DNA of 64,000 nt from an uncultured Gemmatimonadales bacterium (lineage in GTDB: Bacteria > Gemmatimonadota > Gemmatimonadetes > Palauibacterales > Palauibacteraceae). Under the pieces are notes generated by a model. It was not told the DNA's origin. It did not search any database and worked only from the letters and a program-made list of their open reading frames with translations. The DNA lies in NCBI GenBank assembly GCA_963783385.1, contig CAWANJ010000009.1, forward strand, positions 96,001-160,000. Direction: 5' to 3'. Below, piece after piece: positions 1 to 9,386 of the stretch (positions are counted from its first letter, which is position 1; every line of letters begins with the position of its first letter). Made by a program: the position numbers and the translations under genes.

Positions 1-2
1 GC

Positions 3-1373
3 ATCCTGGCCGGGGACTCGCTCCTGGCGCGGAGCGAGGACCGCGACGTGACGCCGGGCGCGATGTACCAGTACTACGCGGTGCCGAGAGACCTGTTCTT
101 CAACGTTGGCGCCCCCAGCGACACCGTGAGCGTGTACACGGTGCCGCTGGCGGGGGCCGTGCTCCCCGACTCGATCGAGGCTCGCGGCGTGGACACGCTC
201 GGGATCGTGCTCACCTGGCGCGTGGCCGACCCGGACCGTATCCGCACCGTGCAGCTGTTCCGCTCGACCTCCCAGGACACGGGCTACGTCCAGATCGCCG
301 AGCTCCCGCCCGCGACCGACCGGTTCGTGGATGCGCAGGTCGAGCCGATGAAGATGTACTACTACCGCCTCGGCATGACCGGCCTGCGCGGCACGGTTTC
401 GCCGCGGACCGCGGCCGTTTTCGGCTACTACCGGCCCGCGCTCGCCCCGTCGCCGCCCCTGGCCGTGCGGGCCGACACCACGGCCGGAGGATTCCGGGTC
501 GCATGGACCCCGGCGGGGGACCCCGACCTGTCGGGATACCGGGTGTACCGCACCGACGCCCCGGTGGACACGCTCACCGACGCGACGGCCATGCGGCTAG
601 TCAGTCCCCTGCTCCCGCCCACCGACACCCTCTTCGTGGACAGCGCAGCCGGGCTCGGATCCGGACGCCAGTACACGTGGGCCGTGCGGGCCGTGGGCCC
701 GGGGGGACTCGAGAGTGGCTACTCCAACCCCGCCTCCGCCTCGCGAACGTCCGTGGCGCCCGTCGCGGCTCCGACCGGACTGTCCGGCTACGCCGACGCC
801 CGGGGGGTGGTCCTGGCGTGGACCGACGTGTCCCGGACGGACCCCCTGGTGGACGGCTACCTGGTGCTGCGGGAGGCGGCCGGCGCGGGCCGGGGCGAGC
901 CGGACACGGCGCGGACCGGATCCGCCGGCAAAGCCGTGTCGAGCTGGGACACGCTCAACTCCCGGCCGCTGGGCCGGCTGGAGAACGGGTACCGGGACAC
1001 CACGGCCGTGCGGGGCGCGTGGCGCTATGCCGTCGTGTCCGTGCGCGTGGATGGCCAGCGGAGCGGTCCCTCCGCACCCGTGCGCGTGAGCCGGGAGCCC
1101 GCCCCGCCCCCGCCGCCGCCGGGCTTCCGCGTGCAGGCGGACAGCGACGGCATCGTCCTGGCCTGGGACCCGATGGCCGACAGCGCCGCCAGGGTGCGGG
1201 TGTACCGCTACGAGCGCGGTGGTCGGCCGGCGCGCGTGGCCGAGGTCGGCGCCGCCGCGCTCGAGTACCTGGACCGGGACGCGCGGCCGGGCCACCGGTA
1301 CTGGTACTACGTGGCCACGGTGTCCGCCGGCCTGGAGGGGCCGCGCAGCGAGGAGCGCACGATCCGGAGGTAG
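3..1373 (+). CDS. Fibronectin type III repeat protein, 5' end outside the window
   Basis: Frame is open from base 3. About four Fn3-like units (L-x-W...Y-x-V-Y-R...F-V-D...Y-x-Y-x-V-x-A/S-V...E-S/G-x-x-S). Confidence 0.8.
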   Translation: MLAGDSLLARSEDRDVTPGAMYQYYAVPRDLFFNVGAPSDTVSVYTVPLAGAVLPDSIEARGVDTLGIVLTWRVADPDRIRTVQLFRSTSQDTGYVQIAELPPATDRFVDAQVEPMKMYYYRLGMTGLRGTVSPRTAAVFGYYRPALAPSPPLAVRADTTAGGFRVAWTPAGDPDLSGYRVYRTDAPVDTLTDATAMRLVSPLLPPTDTLFVDSAAGLGSGRQYTWAVRAVGPGGLESGYSNPASASRTSVAPVAAPTGLSGYADARGVVLAWTDVSRTDPLVDGYLVLREAAGAGRGEPDTARTGSAGKAVSSWDTLNSRPLGRLENGYRDTTAVRGAWRYAVVSVRVDGQRSGPSAPVRVSREPAPPPPPPGFRVQADSDGIVLAWDPMADSAARVRVYRYERGGRPARVAEVGAAALEYLDRDARPGHRYWYYVATVSAGLEGPRSEERTIRR

Positions 1374-1479
1374 CGGACCGGGACGGACCGGACCCGCGTT
1401 GGCGCGGCGGGCGCTGCCATGGCATCTTCGCCCACTCGCGAGGTGGCACCGGGACCCTGACGCGTGAGCGCCGGCCGAC

Positions 1480-2949
1480 GTGAACGACACCAACCCTCCC
1501 ACGCCCTCGCCCGGTCCCGGGCCCGCCGGCGGGGAGCCCCTCGTCCCACCCGCGCCGCGCCGTCGGGCGAGCTACGACCGCTCCATCGTGAAGGGCCCCC
1601 TGACGCCGGCCGTGTGGCGGCTGGCGTGGCCCACGATCCTCCAGAACATGATCGGCGGGATGCAGGGGATCGTCGATCACGTCATGGTCGGCCACTACGT
1701 GGGCTACACGGGCAACGCGGCCATCGGGGTGAGCTGGCAGATCTACCTGGTTGTGGTCGTGTTCATCTCGTCGCTGTTCATGGGGATGAGCGTTCTGGTG
1801 GCGCGCTTCGCCGGGCGCGGCGACCACGACATGGTGGACCGCACGGTCTACCAGGCCTTCCTGCTCGCGGCAGGACTGGCGGTCGGGGTGCTGGCGCCGA
1901 TCGGGTACTTCCTGGCTCCCAAGCTCCTCGTGCTGGTCAACGCCGCCCCCGAGGTGCAGGTCGAGGCGCTGCCCTACCTGCGCATCATGTTCGTGTTCAG
2001 CTTCGGCATGCTGATCTTCTTCATGCTGGGCGGGGCGCTGCGCTCGGCGGGCGACGCACGCACGCCGCTCCGGCTGGGCGTGGTGCTCACGGTCATCAAC
2101 ATCGTTCTCAACGTGATCCTCATCGCCGGGCTGGGTCCGGTGCCCGCGTTCGGAACGGCTGGCGCCGCCATGGGCACGGTGATCGCGTCCGGCGGCGTGG
2201 CCGCGTTCGCGCTGTGGCGGCTGGCGAAGGGCGGGTGGGTGGTCGGGTTCCCGAGCGGCGGCTGGAAGGGGCCGGACCGGGCCATCATCCGCGAGTTGTT
2301 CCGGTTCGGGCTGCCGGCGGGGATCCAGGGCATCGCCATGAACATCGGCGGCCTGATCTTGCTGGCGTTCATCGGCTCCCTGCCCGAGAGCGCGGCCGCC
2401 CAGGCGGCGTACGCGGTCTCCTACACGCAGCTGTTCTCGTTCATCACCTGGACCTCGTTCGGACTCCGGGGCGCCGCCGCCGCCGTGGCGGGCCAGAACC
2501 TGGGTGCCGGCCAGCCCGATCGCTCGGCGGCCGCCGTGCACGTGGCCGCCCGGATCGGGGTCGCCGGAGCCCTGATCTTCGGCTCCATGTTCCTGCTCAT
2601 TCCGCGCGAGCTCCTGGGCTTGTTCGGACTGAACCAGCCGGAGGTGGTGCGGCTCGGCGTGCAGCTCCTCCACGTGCTGAGCGTGTCCGGCCTGTTCATC
2701 GCCGTGGCGCTCACCTACACGGGCGGCCTGCAGGGCACGGGGGACACCAAGAGCCCGCTGTACATCTCGATCGCCTCACAGCTGGTGATGCCGCTCGGCA
2801 TCTGCCTGGTTCTCCAGCAGATGGGCATCCTGTCCGCGCTGCACATCTGGTACGCGATCCTGGCCGGGCACATCACGCGCTGCGTGCTCAGCGTGGCGCG
2901 CTTCCGGCAGGGGAAGTGGCGCACCATCGCGGTGAGGGTCGGGGACTAG
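1480..2949 (+). CDS. MATE family efflux transporter
   Basis: 489 aa, ~12 TM segments, two-fold internal repeat, motifs LAWP, D-x-x-MVG, GDARTP/GDTKSP, GTAGAAMGT. Confidence 0.93.
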   Translation: MNDTNPPTPSPGPGPAGGEPLVPPAPRRRASYDRSIVKGPLTPAVWRLAWPTILQNMIGGMQGIVDHVMVGHYVGYTGNAAIGVSWQIYLVVVVFISSLFMGMSVLVARFAGRGDHDMVDRTVYQAFLLAAGLAVGVLAPIGYFLAPKLLVLVNAAPEVQVEALPYLRIMFVFSFGMLIFFMLGGALRSAGDARTPLRLGVVLTVINIVLNVILIAGLGPVPAFGTAGAAMGTVIASGGVAAFALWRLAKGGWVVGFPSGGWKGPDRAIIRELFRFGLPAGIQGIAMNIGGLILLAFIGSLPESAAAQAAYAVSYTQLFSFITWTSFGLRGAAAAVAGQNLGAGQPDRSAAAVHVAARIGVAGALIFGSMFLLIPRELLGLFGLNQPEVVRLGVQLLHVLSVSGLFIAVALTYTGGLQGTGDTKSPLYISIASQLVMPLGICLVLQQMGILSALHIWYAILAGHITRCVLSVARFRQGKWRTIAVRVGD

Positions 2950-3021
2950 GGGGGGCGAAGAACCACGAGCCCGAGCCGCATCGTCGAGTCGATCCGGCGG
3001 GCGCGGGCGGCGCGCCCGGAC

Positions 3022-4125
3022 CTAGAGCTCCACGGCGGCGCTGGCGCGGGCGAAGCGTGGATCCTCCAGCCTGAACCCGTCCGGATCCGTGCCTCGCACG
3101 AGCGCCAGGTGGTAGGTGAACAGCTGGAGCGCCACGATGCAGGCCAGCGCTCCGAGCGGCTCCGGCAGGGTCGGCACGGCGATGCACGGCGCATCGGCAC
3201 CGGCCACCGTCTCCGCCGTCTCGTCCCCGACCACCAGGAGGGAAGCGCCGATCGCCCGGACGGCATCGGCCAGCTCGCGGGTCCGCGCCTGTCCCGGGCC
3301 CGAGGGCGCGACGAGGACGAACAGGTCCTCCGCCTCGGCGCACTGGAAGGGCCCGTGCAGCAGGGTCTCGGTCGCCATACCCTCGGCCTGGAGATAGGAG
3401 GTCTCCTTGATCTTGAGGGCGATCTCCCGGGCGGCGGTGGCCGCCGGCCCCCCGCCGGCCAGCCAGATCCTGCGTCGGCCGGCGTGCGCACGGGCCATGG
3501 CGTCCATTCGGTCCTCCAGGCCGAGAGCCGCTTCGAGTGCGGCGGGAACACTGCGCTCGGGCAGGTCGTCGGCGACGCCGCCGAACCTGGACGCCAGCGC
3601 GGCCAGAGCCGCGACCGAACCGATGAAGCTCACCGTGTGCGCGGAGGATCGCTCCCCGGGCACGGTCCGAAACACCACGTCCGCGTCCGCATCGTCCCCG
3701 CCGTTCTCTCCGGTGATGAGCGCGGTGGGAGCGGCGGCTCGCCTGGCCCGGGCCAGGGCGGCGCGCGAGTAGCGCTTCGTGCCCCGGTGACTCACCACGA
3801 TCACCGCGTCCGCCGGTGACAGGTCGGGGCCGTACAGCGCGAAGTCGAAGGCGCGCCACGCCCGTACCGACGCTCCGACGCCGGCCTCGCGCAGCAGGTG
3901 CTCCCCGAGCTCGGCCGCGTGGAAGGAGGTCCCGGTGCCGGCCAGGTGCAGGCGTTCGCAGCCGCTGGCGATCTCCGCAAAGCGCTCCGCCGGCTGCGGG
4001 GCCTCCCGCGCGACCCGGGCGAAGATGGCCGGCTGGGCCCGGATCGCGTCATACATGTGATAGGGGTGGGACGACCGTGGATCCCGGTCACCCGGCCCGG
4101 CCCGACCTCCGTCCTGGGCAGACAT
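3022..4125 (-). CDS. Tandem SIS-domain sugar-phosphate isomerase/deaminase (GlmS C-terminal-like, no glutaminase domain)
   Basis: HMYDAIRAQP, AGTGTSFHA, VSHRG, EIALKIKE, LHGP motifs. ATG at 4125 follows GGAGGAG. Confidence 0.85.
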   Translation of the reverse strand: MSAQDGGRAGPGDRDPRSSHPYHMYDAIRAQPAIFARVAREAPQPAERFAEIASGCERLHLAGTGTSFHAAELGEHLLREAGVGASVRAWRAFDFALYGPDLSPADAVIVVSHRGTKRYSRAALARARRAAAPTALITGENGGDDADADVVFRTVPGERSSAHTVSFIGSVAALAALASRFGGVADDLPERSVPAALEAALGLEDRMDAMARAHAGRRRIWLAGGGPAATAAREIALKIKETSYLQAEGMATETLLHGPFQCAEAEDLFVLVAPSGPGQARTRELADAVRAIGASLLVVGDETAETVAGADAPCIAVPTLPEPLGALACIVALQLFTYHLALVRGTDPDGFRLEDPRFARASAAVEL

Positions 4126-4306
4126 GCTCGCTCCTCCCGGTCGCTCTCCGGTCTGTCTTCGCCACGCGGGCACCGACGCAGGACCATAGCGCGGCGAGGG
4201 GCGGGCGTCATGGGGTGCGTCGGGATGCGGTGGACCTCAGGCGCCCGCTCGCCTACCGTGGGAACATGCTACCGGACCGCCGGCCCGTGTCGCCAGGTGA
4301 CCTGGC

Positions 4307-5563
4307 GTGAGCCTGTTCGAGATCATCGGAGCGCTCCTCGCGCTCACGGCCGCGCTCGCCTACGTGAACGAGCGCCACTTCCACCTCCCGATCTCGATCG
4401 GGGTCACGCTGGGCGGCCTGGTGACCTCGCTGGTGCTCCTCCTGGTGGCCGGCCTGGCGCCGGAGCGCCAGTGGCTCACCGGTCTCCTGGCGCACATCGA
4501 CTTCGAGAAGGTGTTCCTGGAGGGACTCCTCGGCATCCTCCTGTTCGCGGGCGCCCTCGAGGTGGACCTCGAGGAGCTGATGCGGGTGCGGACGCCGGTG
4601 CTCGTCCTGTCGATCGTGGGGACGCTGCTCTCCACCCTGGTCGTGGGCACGGCGGCCTGGGAGCTCCTGCGGATCCTCGGTCTCGGCATCCCCTTCCTGT
4701 GGGCGCTCCTGTTCGGGGCCCTCATCTCGCCCACCGATCCGATCGCGGTCATGGGACTCCTCTCCGACGCGGGGGCGCCGAGCGAGCTCTCGACGCTCAT
4801 CACCGGGGAGTCCCTGTTCAACGACGGGGTGGCGGTGGTGCTGTTCACGATCGTCCTGGGCCTGGTCACCGGCGAGCACGGCGCCTCGGTCCTGGCGGCG
4901 GGCCGGCTCTTCCTGGAGGAGGCGGTGGGCGGGGTGATCTACGGTCTGGGCCTCGGGTGGGCAGCTTACTACTTCCTGCGGCGGGTGGACGAACCCACCA
5001 CCGAGATCCTGGTCACCGTGGCCGTCACCACGGCTGGCTACGCGCTGGCCAACCGAATCGGGACCTCGGGACCGCTGGCCATGGTGGTGGCCGGGCTCCT
5101 GGTCGGGAACCACGGGCGCATGTTCGCCATGTCGGAAGGGACGCGCGAGCGGCTCGACAACTTCTGGATCGTCCTGGACCAGATCCTGAACGCCCTCCTG
5201 TTCGTCCTCATCGGCCTCGAGGTGCTGATCCTTCCTGTGCGGGCCTCGTGGCTCGTGGCGGGCGCGCTCGCGATCCCGCTCATCCTGGGGGCGAGACTCC
5301 TGTCCGTATACGTGCCCATGCGCTTTCTGCCCATCCGGCCGGAGCTCGGGCCCTACGCGATCCGCGTCCTGACCTGGGGAGGACTCCGCGGCGGCATCGC
5401 CATCGCCCTGGCGCTGTCCCTGCCGGTCGGTGGGGAGCGGGGGCTCCTCCTCCTCATCACCTACGTGGTCGTGGTCTTCTCCATCCTCGTCCAGGGGCTC
5501 ACCATCAAGCGGGTGGCGCGCGGGGCGAGTCTCCTGCCCTCTCGCGTTCTGGAGGATGGGTAA
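4307..5563 (+). CDS. CPA1 (NhaP-type) Na+/H+ antiporter
   Basis: ISPTDPIAV, GESLFNDG, WGGLRG and ILVQGLT motifs; multi-TM. Confidence 0.93.
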   Translation: MSLFEIIGALLALTAALAYVNERHFHLPISIGVTLGGLVTSLVLLLVAGLAPERQWLTGLLAHIDFEKVFLEGLLGILLFAGALEVDLEELMRVRTPVLVLSIVGTLLSTLVVGTAAWELLRILGLGIPFLWALLFGALISPTDPIAVMGLLSDAGAPSELSTLITGESLFNDGVAVVLFTIVLGLVTGEHGASVLAAGRLFLEEAVGGVIYGLGLGWAAYYFLRRVDEPTTEILVTVAVTTAGYALANRIGTSGPLAMVVAGLLVGNHGRMFAMSEGTRERLDNFWIVLDQILNALLFVLIGLEVLILPVRASWLVAGALAIPLILGARLLSVYVPMRFLPIRPELGPYAIRVLTWGGLRGGIAIALALSLPVGGERGLLLLITYVVVVFSILVQGLTIKRVARGASLLPSRVLEDG

Positions 5564-5717
5564 GGCGGGACGGTCCGCGGCCGGGTCGCCGGACCAAGCG
5601 GCGCCGACTCTCGCGAATCACACGATGCGTGGTGATCTTCGACATCTTGCGAGGCCAACGCGAAGGGGCGAGACTTCGCGATCCCCGTGACGCAGGGGGT
5701 TCCGGCCCTCCCCTCAC

Positions 5718-5733
5718 AGGCACGGAAGCTGAA
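5718..5733 (+). promoter_or_regulatory. Sigma54-like -24/-12 element (AGGCACGGAAGCTGAA), with GA instead of GC at -12
   Basis: GG at 5719 and GA at 5731 are 12 nt apart. Similar motif at similar distance upstream of the paralogue (46102-46117). Confidence 0.35.
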
Positions 5734-5795
5734 TTCCCTTCGCGTTCGATGCCCGGTTGCCGCCGTTCCAGCGTCTTCGATTCCGGAGTTCGTTC

Positions 5796-8384
5796 ATGAG
5801 GCGACGGATCCCCCGCCGACAGGTGCTGCTCCTCGCGTTGCTCGCTCCCGCGGCCGCCGCGTGCAGCGGCGGCAAGTCTGTCACCGGCACCGGCGCGGCG
5901 AGCAACCCGCCCGCCGAGCCGCAGGTGGCCTCGGTCACCGTGAGCCCGGCCGTCGACACGCTCGTCTCGATCAATGACTCCGTGACCTTCTCGACCACGT
6001 TGAGGGACCCGGCGGGGAACGTGATCTCGGGAGGGAGCGTCGCCTGGTCGTCCACGGAGGCCGCCGTGGCCACCGTTTCCTCCAGGGGCACGGCCACCGC
6101 GAAGCAAAACGGCACCACCCGCATCGTCGCGTCGATCTCCGGGAAGGCGGACACCGCGGTGCTGGTGGTCGAGCAGCGGACCGCGCGGGTCGCGGTGAGC
6201 CCCGACAGCGCGCGCGTCTCGGCCCCGGGCGACACGGTACGCTTCACGGCCGAGCCGCAGGACGCGAACGGCCACGCGGTGGGCGAGGTGAAGGTCGACT
6301 GGTCGGCCTCGGACACGAGCGTGGCCACGGTCGACAGCACCGGACTGGCGACGGCGAAGGCCCTGGGCCGGGTCGAGGTGACGGCGGCCGCGGCCGGAAG
6401 CGGAGTCTCCGGGACGGGAGTGTTCCGCGTGGCGTCGCTCGGCACTCCGCAGGTCCAGTCCGTGAGCCCCTCTCCCATCCAGGAAGGCCAGACGGTCACG
6501 ATCACGGGCCAGAACTTCGACCCGGTGGCCGCGGGTGACAGCGTGAGCATCGACGGCGTGACGGCAGTGGTGACGTCCGCGTCCTCGACATCGCTCCAGG
6601 TCACGGTGCCCACCTACGACTGCCTGCCGGCCCGCTCGGTCGACGTGCGCGTGGCGACGGACGGAGGCGCCTCGCAGGCGACCAGCGGCCTCGAGCCGGC
6701 GCAGGCGTCGGTGTCGCTGGCAGTGGGCCAGCAGACCGTGCTCACCGACCCGGCGAGCTTCTGCCTGCAGTTCGGGGCCTCCGCGGCGTCGGAGCGCTAC
6801 ATCGTCGGCGTCCAGTCTCTCTCCTCGTCGGTCTCGAGCCTCACGAGCGTGCGGATCACCGGCGAGGCCGCCGACGGCATCGGGGCCGCCAGCGTGGCCC
6901 GCGCCTCGGTGGCCACGAGGGTGGTGCCGGGGCGGACGAGCGGTGGGTCGTGGCCCCGGCCTCCTTCCTGGCTCGCGGCGCAGCGCCGGGCCGAGATGCA
7001 GATCCGAGCGTGGGAGCGGACCCACCTGGATCCGCACCTGTCGATCCCCGCTCTGGGAGCGTCGTCGGGCGCACCGCCGGCCCGCTTCTCGGTGAGCGGG
7101 AGCGTCGCGGTGGGCGACACCGTGGCCCTGCGCGTGCCGGACTTCAGCGGAGACGGCTGCAGCGGCTACACGGCCGTCGGCGCGACCGTGCGGGTCATCG
7201 GACAGAAGGCGATCATCGTCGCCGACACCTCCAATCCGGCCAACGGCTTCACCCGGGCCGATTACCAGAACCTGTCCGACCAGCTCGACGCCCAGATCTT
7301 CTCCACCGACGAGCAGTATTTCGGGAACCCCGGGGACATCGACCACAACGGCCACATCGTCGTCCTGTTCACCAGGGCGGTGAACAACGAGGACATCGGC
7401 GTCGCCGGCTCCTACCTGCTCGGCTTCGTGTTCTCGGGCGACTGGTATCCGCGCGCCTCGGCCACCGGAGGCTCGTGCGCCTCCAGCGACGAGGGGGAGA
7501 TCTACTACGGCCGCGTGCCGGACCCGACCGGCACCGCCGGCGACAGCGTGGTCAAGTCGACGCGGGAGCAGGAGCTGTCGCGGGCCCCGCAGATCATGGG
7601 GCACGAGCTCACGCACCTGATCCAGTTCGGGCGCCGCTTCGCGGCGGGCCTGGGCTGGATGGGATCGATCGTCATGGAGGCGCAGGCCACCCTGGGCGAG
7701 GAGGTGGTGGGGCACGCCGAGACGGGCCACATGCCCTACCAGAACCTCGGAGCGGACGTGATCTTCGCCACGACGGGGGCGGACTCGGTGGCCTGGTACC
7801 TGAACAAGTTCGCCGACCTGGCCGACTACTTCGGATTCGCGGGCTCGGCCGGCCGCACGGGCGGCGCGCCGGAGCAGTGCGGCTGGTGGCAGAGCGACCC
7901 CTCGCCGTGTGCGGCCCGGTCGCTGTGGTACGGGGTCGGCTGGAGCTTCCTGCGCTGGGTGTCCGACCAGTACGGGCCCGGCTATCCGGGCGGGGAGCAG
8001 GGCCTCCAGCAGAGCCTGATCGCCGACCCGGGCACCGACCTCCAGACCGTGGCCGCCGTGGTGGGAGTCCCGGTACCGAGCCTGATGGCGCGGTGGTCGG
8101 CGGCCCTGTATGTGGACGACCGCATACCGTCGCCCGATCCGGCCCTCACCTTCTCGAGCTGGAACCTGTACGACTTCGAGCAGCACACGGTCGCGACCGC
8201 GAACCTGCAGCCAACGCCCGAGACGTTCGGGGACTGGACGACGACCGCCGACGTCCGGGCGAGCTCGGCCGCCTACGTGGCGGTGGACGGGAGCGGGCGG
8301 CCCGCCACGGCGGTCCGGGTGCGGGACCCATCGGGGAACCCGCTCCCGGCCTACATGCAGGTGTGGGTGGTGCGGATGCGGTGA
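5796..8384 (+). CDS. Lipoprotein: two Big_2 Ig-like domains, IPT/TIG domain, HExxH (M30-like) metallopeptidase domain
   Basis: Lipobox AAAAC; WSS...VATV repeats; SVSP...ITGQNF; DIDHNG loop; HELTH plus downstream E. ATG 5796 with GGAG RBS. Confidence 0.8.
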   Translation: MRRRIPRRQVLLLALLAPAAAACSGGKSVTGTGAASNPPAEPQVASVTVSPAVDTLVSINDSVTFSTTLRDPAGNVISGGSVAWSSTEAAVATVSSRGTATAKQNGTTRIVASISGKADTAVLVVEQRTARVAVSPDSARVSAPGDTVRFTAEPQDANGHAVGEVKVDWSASDTSVATVDSTGLATAKALGRVEVTAAAAGSGVSGTGVFRVASLGTPQVQSVSPSPIQEGQTVTITGQNFDPVAAGDSVSIDGVTAVVTSASSTSLQVTVPTYDCLPARSVDVRVATDGGASQATSGLEPAQASVSLAVGQQTVLTDPASFCLQFGASAASERYIVGVQSLSSSVSSLTSVRITGEAADGIGAASVARASVATRVVPGRTSGGSWPRPPSWLAAQRRAEMQIRAWERTHLDPHLSIPALGASSGAPPARFSVSGSVAVGDTVALRVPDFSGDGCSGYTAVGATVRVIGQKAIIVADTSNPANGFTRADYQNLSDQLDAQIFSTDEQYFGNPGDIDHNGHIVVLFTRAVNNEDIGVAGSYLLGFVFSGDWYPRASATGGSCASSDEGEIYYGRVPDPTGTAGDSVVKSTREQELSRAPQIMGHELTHLIQFGRRFAAGLGWMGSIVMEAQATLGEEVVGHAETGHMPYQNLGADVIFATTGADSVAWYLNKFADLADYFGFAGSAGRTGGAPEQCGWWQSDPSPCAARSLWYGVGWSFLRWVSDQYGPGYPGGEQGLQQSLIADPGTDLQTVAAVVGVPVPSLMARWSAALYVDDRIPSPDPALTFSSWNLYDFEQHTVATANLQPTPETFGDWTTTADVRASSAAYVAVDGSGRPATAVRVRDPSGNPLPAYMQVWVVRMR

Positions 8385-8455
8385 CGCGGGCGGAAACCCG
8401 GGCGCGCTGTCGGCCGTAAGGAGGGCACAGCTCACCCGGACGGAGGTCGCCCGAC

Positions 8456-9301
8456 ATGCGTGTACTCCCGTTCCTGGCCCTCGCCTCGGTCCTCGCCTGC
8501 CTGCCCATCCCGGGGCGGGGCCCGTCGCCGTCCCGACCGAGCGCCGGCACGACCATCGACACGATGGTCGACGTCGGGGGGCGCCGGCTCCACCTCAGGA
8601 TCCGACGTGGGAGCGATCCCGTCACGGTCCTGTTCGAGGCCGGGGGCGCGGCCGACCTGAGCGCCTGGGCCGACGTACCGGAGCGCCTGGCGGTGCGCAC
8701 CGGCGCGACCATCGTCGCCTACGATCGCGCGGGCCTCGGCTCCAGCGAACTCGGGCCGGACAGCCTCACGCCCCGTGCGGAGGTCGCGGACATCCGCCGG
8801 GCGCTGGACGAGGTGGGCGCGCCCTCCCGTACCGTCGTCGTGGGTCACTCCTACGGAGCCATGCTCGCCCTGGCACACGCCGCCCTGTTCGCCGGCCGCG
8901 TCTCGGGCCTGGTCCTGGTGGACCCGATGAACCCCCGGTTCGTGGCGCGGGAACGGGCCTTCCTGCGCGGCACGGTTCCCGACACGACCGATCCGCAGAC
9001 GGACCGGAGACGCGTGATCCGCCGCATGAGCCGTACACTCTCGGCCTTCTCCGCGTGGCTGGGTGACCGGGAGCCGGCGCTGGCGGTGTCGATGGTCATC
9101 GTGAGCGCGGGGAAGGACTGGTGGGGGACCCCGGCGGTCGACGCGGCGTGGCGTCGAAGCCACCGGGCCATGGCGGCGGCCTCGTCCGATCGGCAGCGCG
9201 TCGTGTCCGAGGGCTCCGACCACGACATTCCCCACGAGGACCCCGGCATCGTCGTCTCGGCCATCCTCGGTGTGCTGACCGGGACGGCCGCGGCGCCCTG
9301 A
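8456..9301 (+). CDS. Exported alpha/beta hydrolase
   Basis: Signal peptide, FEAGG, YDRAGLG, GHSYG nucleophile elbow, C-terminal His. Confidence 0.88.
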   Translation: MRVLPFLALASVLACLPIPGRGPSPSRPSAGTTIDTMVDVGGRRLHLRIRRGSDPVTVLFEAGGAADLSAWADVPERLAVRTGATIVAYDRAGLGSSELGPDSLTPRAEVADIRRALDEVGAPSRTVVVGHSYGAMLALAHAALFAGRVSGLVLVDPMNPRFVARERAFLRGTVPDTTDPQTDRRRVIRRMSRTLSAFSAWLGDREPALAVSMVIVSAGKDWWGTPAVDAAWRRSHRAMAAASSDRQRVVSEGSDHDIPHEDPGIVVSAILGVLTGTAAAP

Positions 9302-9386
9302 CCCCGGCCGCGCCGCCCGCTCTTGCCTCGCGGCAGCGCCCGCCCCCACGATGCCGGCCCATTTCCCCGGACCGGAGGCGCGAGGC

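Noticed and set aside
4200-4306. nhaA-I/II (Li+) or Na+ riboswitch before the antiporter
   Set aside because: The conserved core sequences I recall for these motifs are not present.
5650-5762. c-di-GMP-I riboswitch
   Set aside because: Only scattered words resemble it (GACGCA, TCCGGCC, GGTTGCCG); the GGCAAA/GAAA/AAAG core and tetraloop receptor are missing.
5505-8435. 976-aa antisense ORF and similar long shadow ORFs (24379-27084 extension, 34162-36474, 37863-40040, 39937-42207, 43749-46208)
   Set aside because: Arg/Gly/Pro/Ala-rich translations opposite or overlapping motif-bearing genes; expected from stop-codon scarcity at high GC.
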